A stretch of DNA of 64,000 bases from Octopus bimaculoides (lineage: Eukaryota): contig NC_068982.1 in assembly GCF_001194135.2 (NCBI RefSeq), positions 91,142,357-91,206,356 on the forward strand. The letters are read 5' to 3'. Positions 62,582 to 64,000 of the stretch are shown here, in pieces; the stretch's first letter is position 1, and the number at the start of each line of letters is the position of its first letter. The translations under genes were made by a program, and so were the position numbers. The notes below the pieces were generated by a model. The model saw nothing but the letters and a program-made list of their open reading frames with translations. It searched no databases and was not told where the DNA came from.

Positions 62582-62808
62582 TCTCTTACCTATCTCTATT
62601 TCTAACTTCCTTTCTTTCACCTGTTTCTGAAGAGCCATTGTTTTCTCATTCGCTATTCCTAAAACATAACAGCACACACACACACGTAGACAAGTACGCC
62701 TACATACATATATCCATACTTTCATACACACATACATACATACATACATTCACACATACATTCACACATACATACATACATACATACATACATACATACA
62801 TACATACA

Positions 62809-62839
<31 letters not shown>

Positions 62840-63620
62840 GTATGTATGTGTGCATGTGTTTGCATTAAAATAGTAAAATTAAGAAGATTATGAGGTAAAG
62901 AAATACAAACAAATATCTGAAGTTAAAGAATACTCGGAGTGGAAAAGGCAGAAAAATAGAACGAAACTATAACAACAAAATATTATGTACTGTGACAATA
63001 ATACGTGCAATGACATTAAATACGTTAAATGAAATTAACAGGAAAGGACTATTCACTTTATTAACTTTCTTAAAACGAAGTAAAAGCTATAAGACGATCA
63101 GAGAAAACTACACCACATCAACATATATATACGTACATATATGTATACATACATATATGAAGATGTATGTATGTATTTCAAAAGAAGCATATATATATAT
63201 ATGATATATATGTTTATATATGTATGCATATATATGTTAAGTTAAGTGTATATATAAATATATTTGTTTCTATATGTATATATACATGTATATATAAACA
63301 TAAGCTTAAATATATATAGGTATAAAAATATTTATACACACACACATACACACACACACACGCATATATATATATATATATATATGTATATTTATACAGA
63401 TATATATAAATATATAGGAATATATACATGCATAGATATGAATACATATATGCATACATCAATATATGTATATATATATCAATATATATATATATATATA
63501 ACAATATATATATATTCATATATATACATGAATATATACATGCATAAACATATATTCATATATATATATATATATATATATATAACATAATAAATAATAA
63601 TAATAATAATAATAATAATA
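61700..63620. repeat. Low-complexity TA/CATA/CT/AAT tract, including the N gap 61802-62245 (probable 3' UTR or flank)
   Basis: Direct reading. Confidence 0.85.
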
Positions 63621-64000
63621 ATTTGCTGTAAACATACTAAAACTATCAAGCATTTGAACTATCAAGTCTAGCATTAACCTCACAACCAACCAACTCTGGT
63701 TTCTTGAATATATGAACAATTCAAAAGATGTTAAACGGGTTGAATTATATTTTTCTGAAATAAATATTTAATAATAAACCATATTCAATAAGACATAGAT
63801 TTGAGCATGTCGTTAAAGTAGCTCACAATATTTTTCAATCGAATCCTAATGATCGAATATTTGCTAAGTACAATATTTTAACTGAATGTATTGATTTTTT
63901 TTAATTATTATTTTGTGTGAGTGCGATGTCTATGAAGGAACGGTGAAACGTCGAACAAAGTGCCTTCAGTTATGACACTATATCGTTTCAGGTCAAATCC

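Overview
AT-rich eukaryotic genomic DNA, dense in microsatellites and retroelements, with several N gaps. The repeat landscape looks like an octopus/cephalopod genome (inference). One host gene is supported: the 3' end of a + strand spliced gene whose exons at 15478-15633, 21119-21270, 27265-27378 and 61416-61649 join in frame into a complete MAM domain plus a polybasic tail. It has five Cys and is most like an astacin/meprin-type secreted protein; upstream exons were not found with confidence. The ORF track shows only the last exon. The rest is introns or flank filled with tRNA-derived SINEs, R4/Dong-like, RTE and CR1-like LINE relics, a gypsy integrase relic, a pogo relic, a Helentron-type HINE, Penelope-like elements (PLEs) and several inverted repeats. 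The most notable observation is a PLE family whose 3' pseudo-LTR carries both a tRNA-derived A/B-box head and a minimal hammerhead ribozyme (54307-54603; again as a TSD-flanked inverted pair at 50605-51255). A separate near-canonical minimal hammerhead lies at 43382-43429, sense to the pre-mRNA. Most listed ORFs are microsatellite, N-gap or antisense artefacts. Exon, ribozyme, TSD and inverted-repeat coordinates were counted base by base; most repeat boundaries are approximate. No database searches were run.
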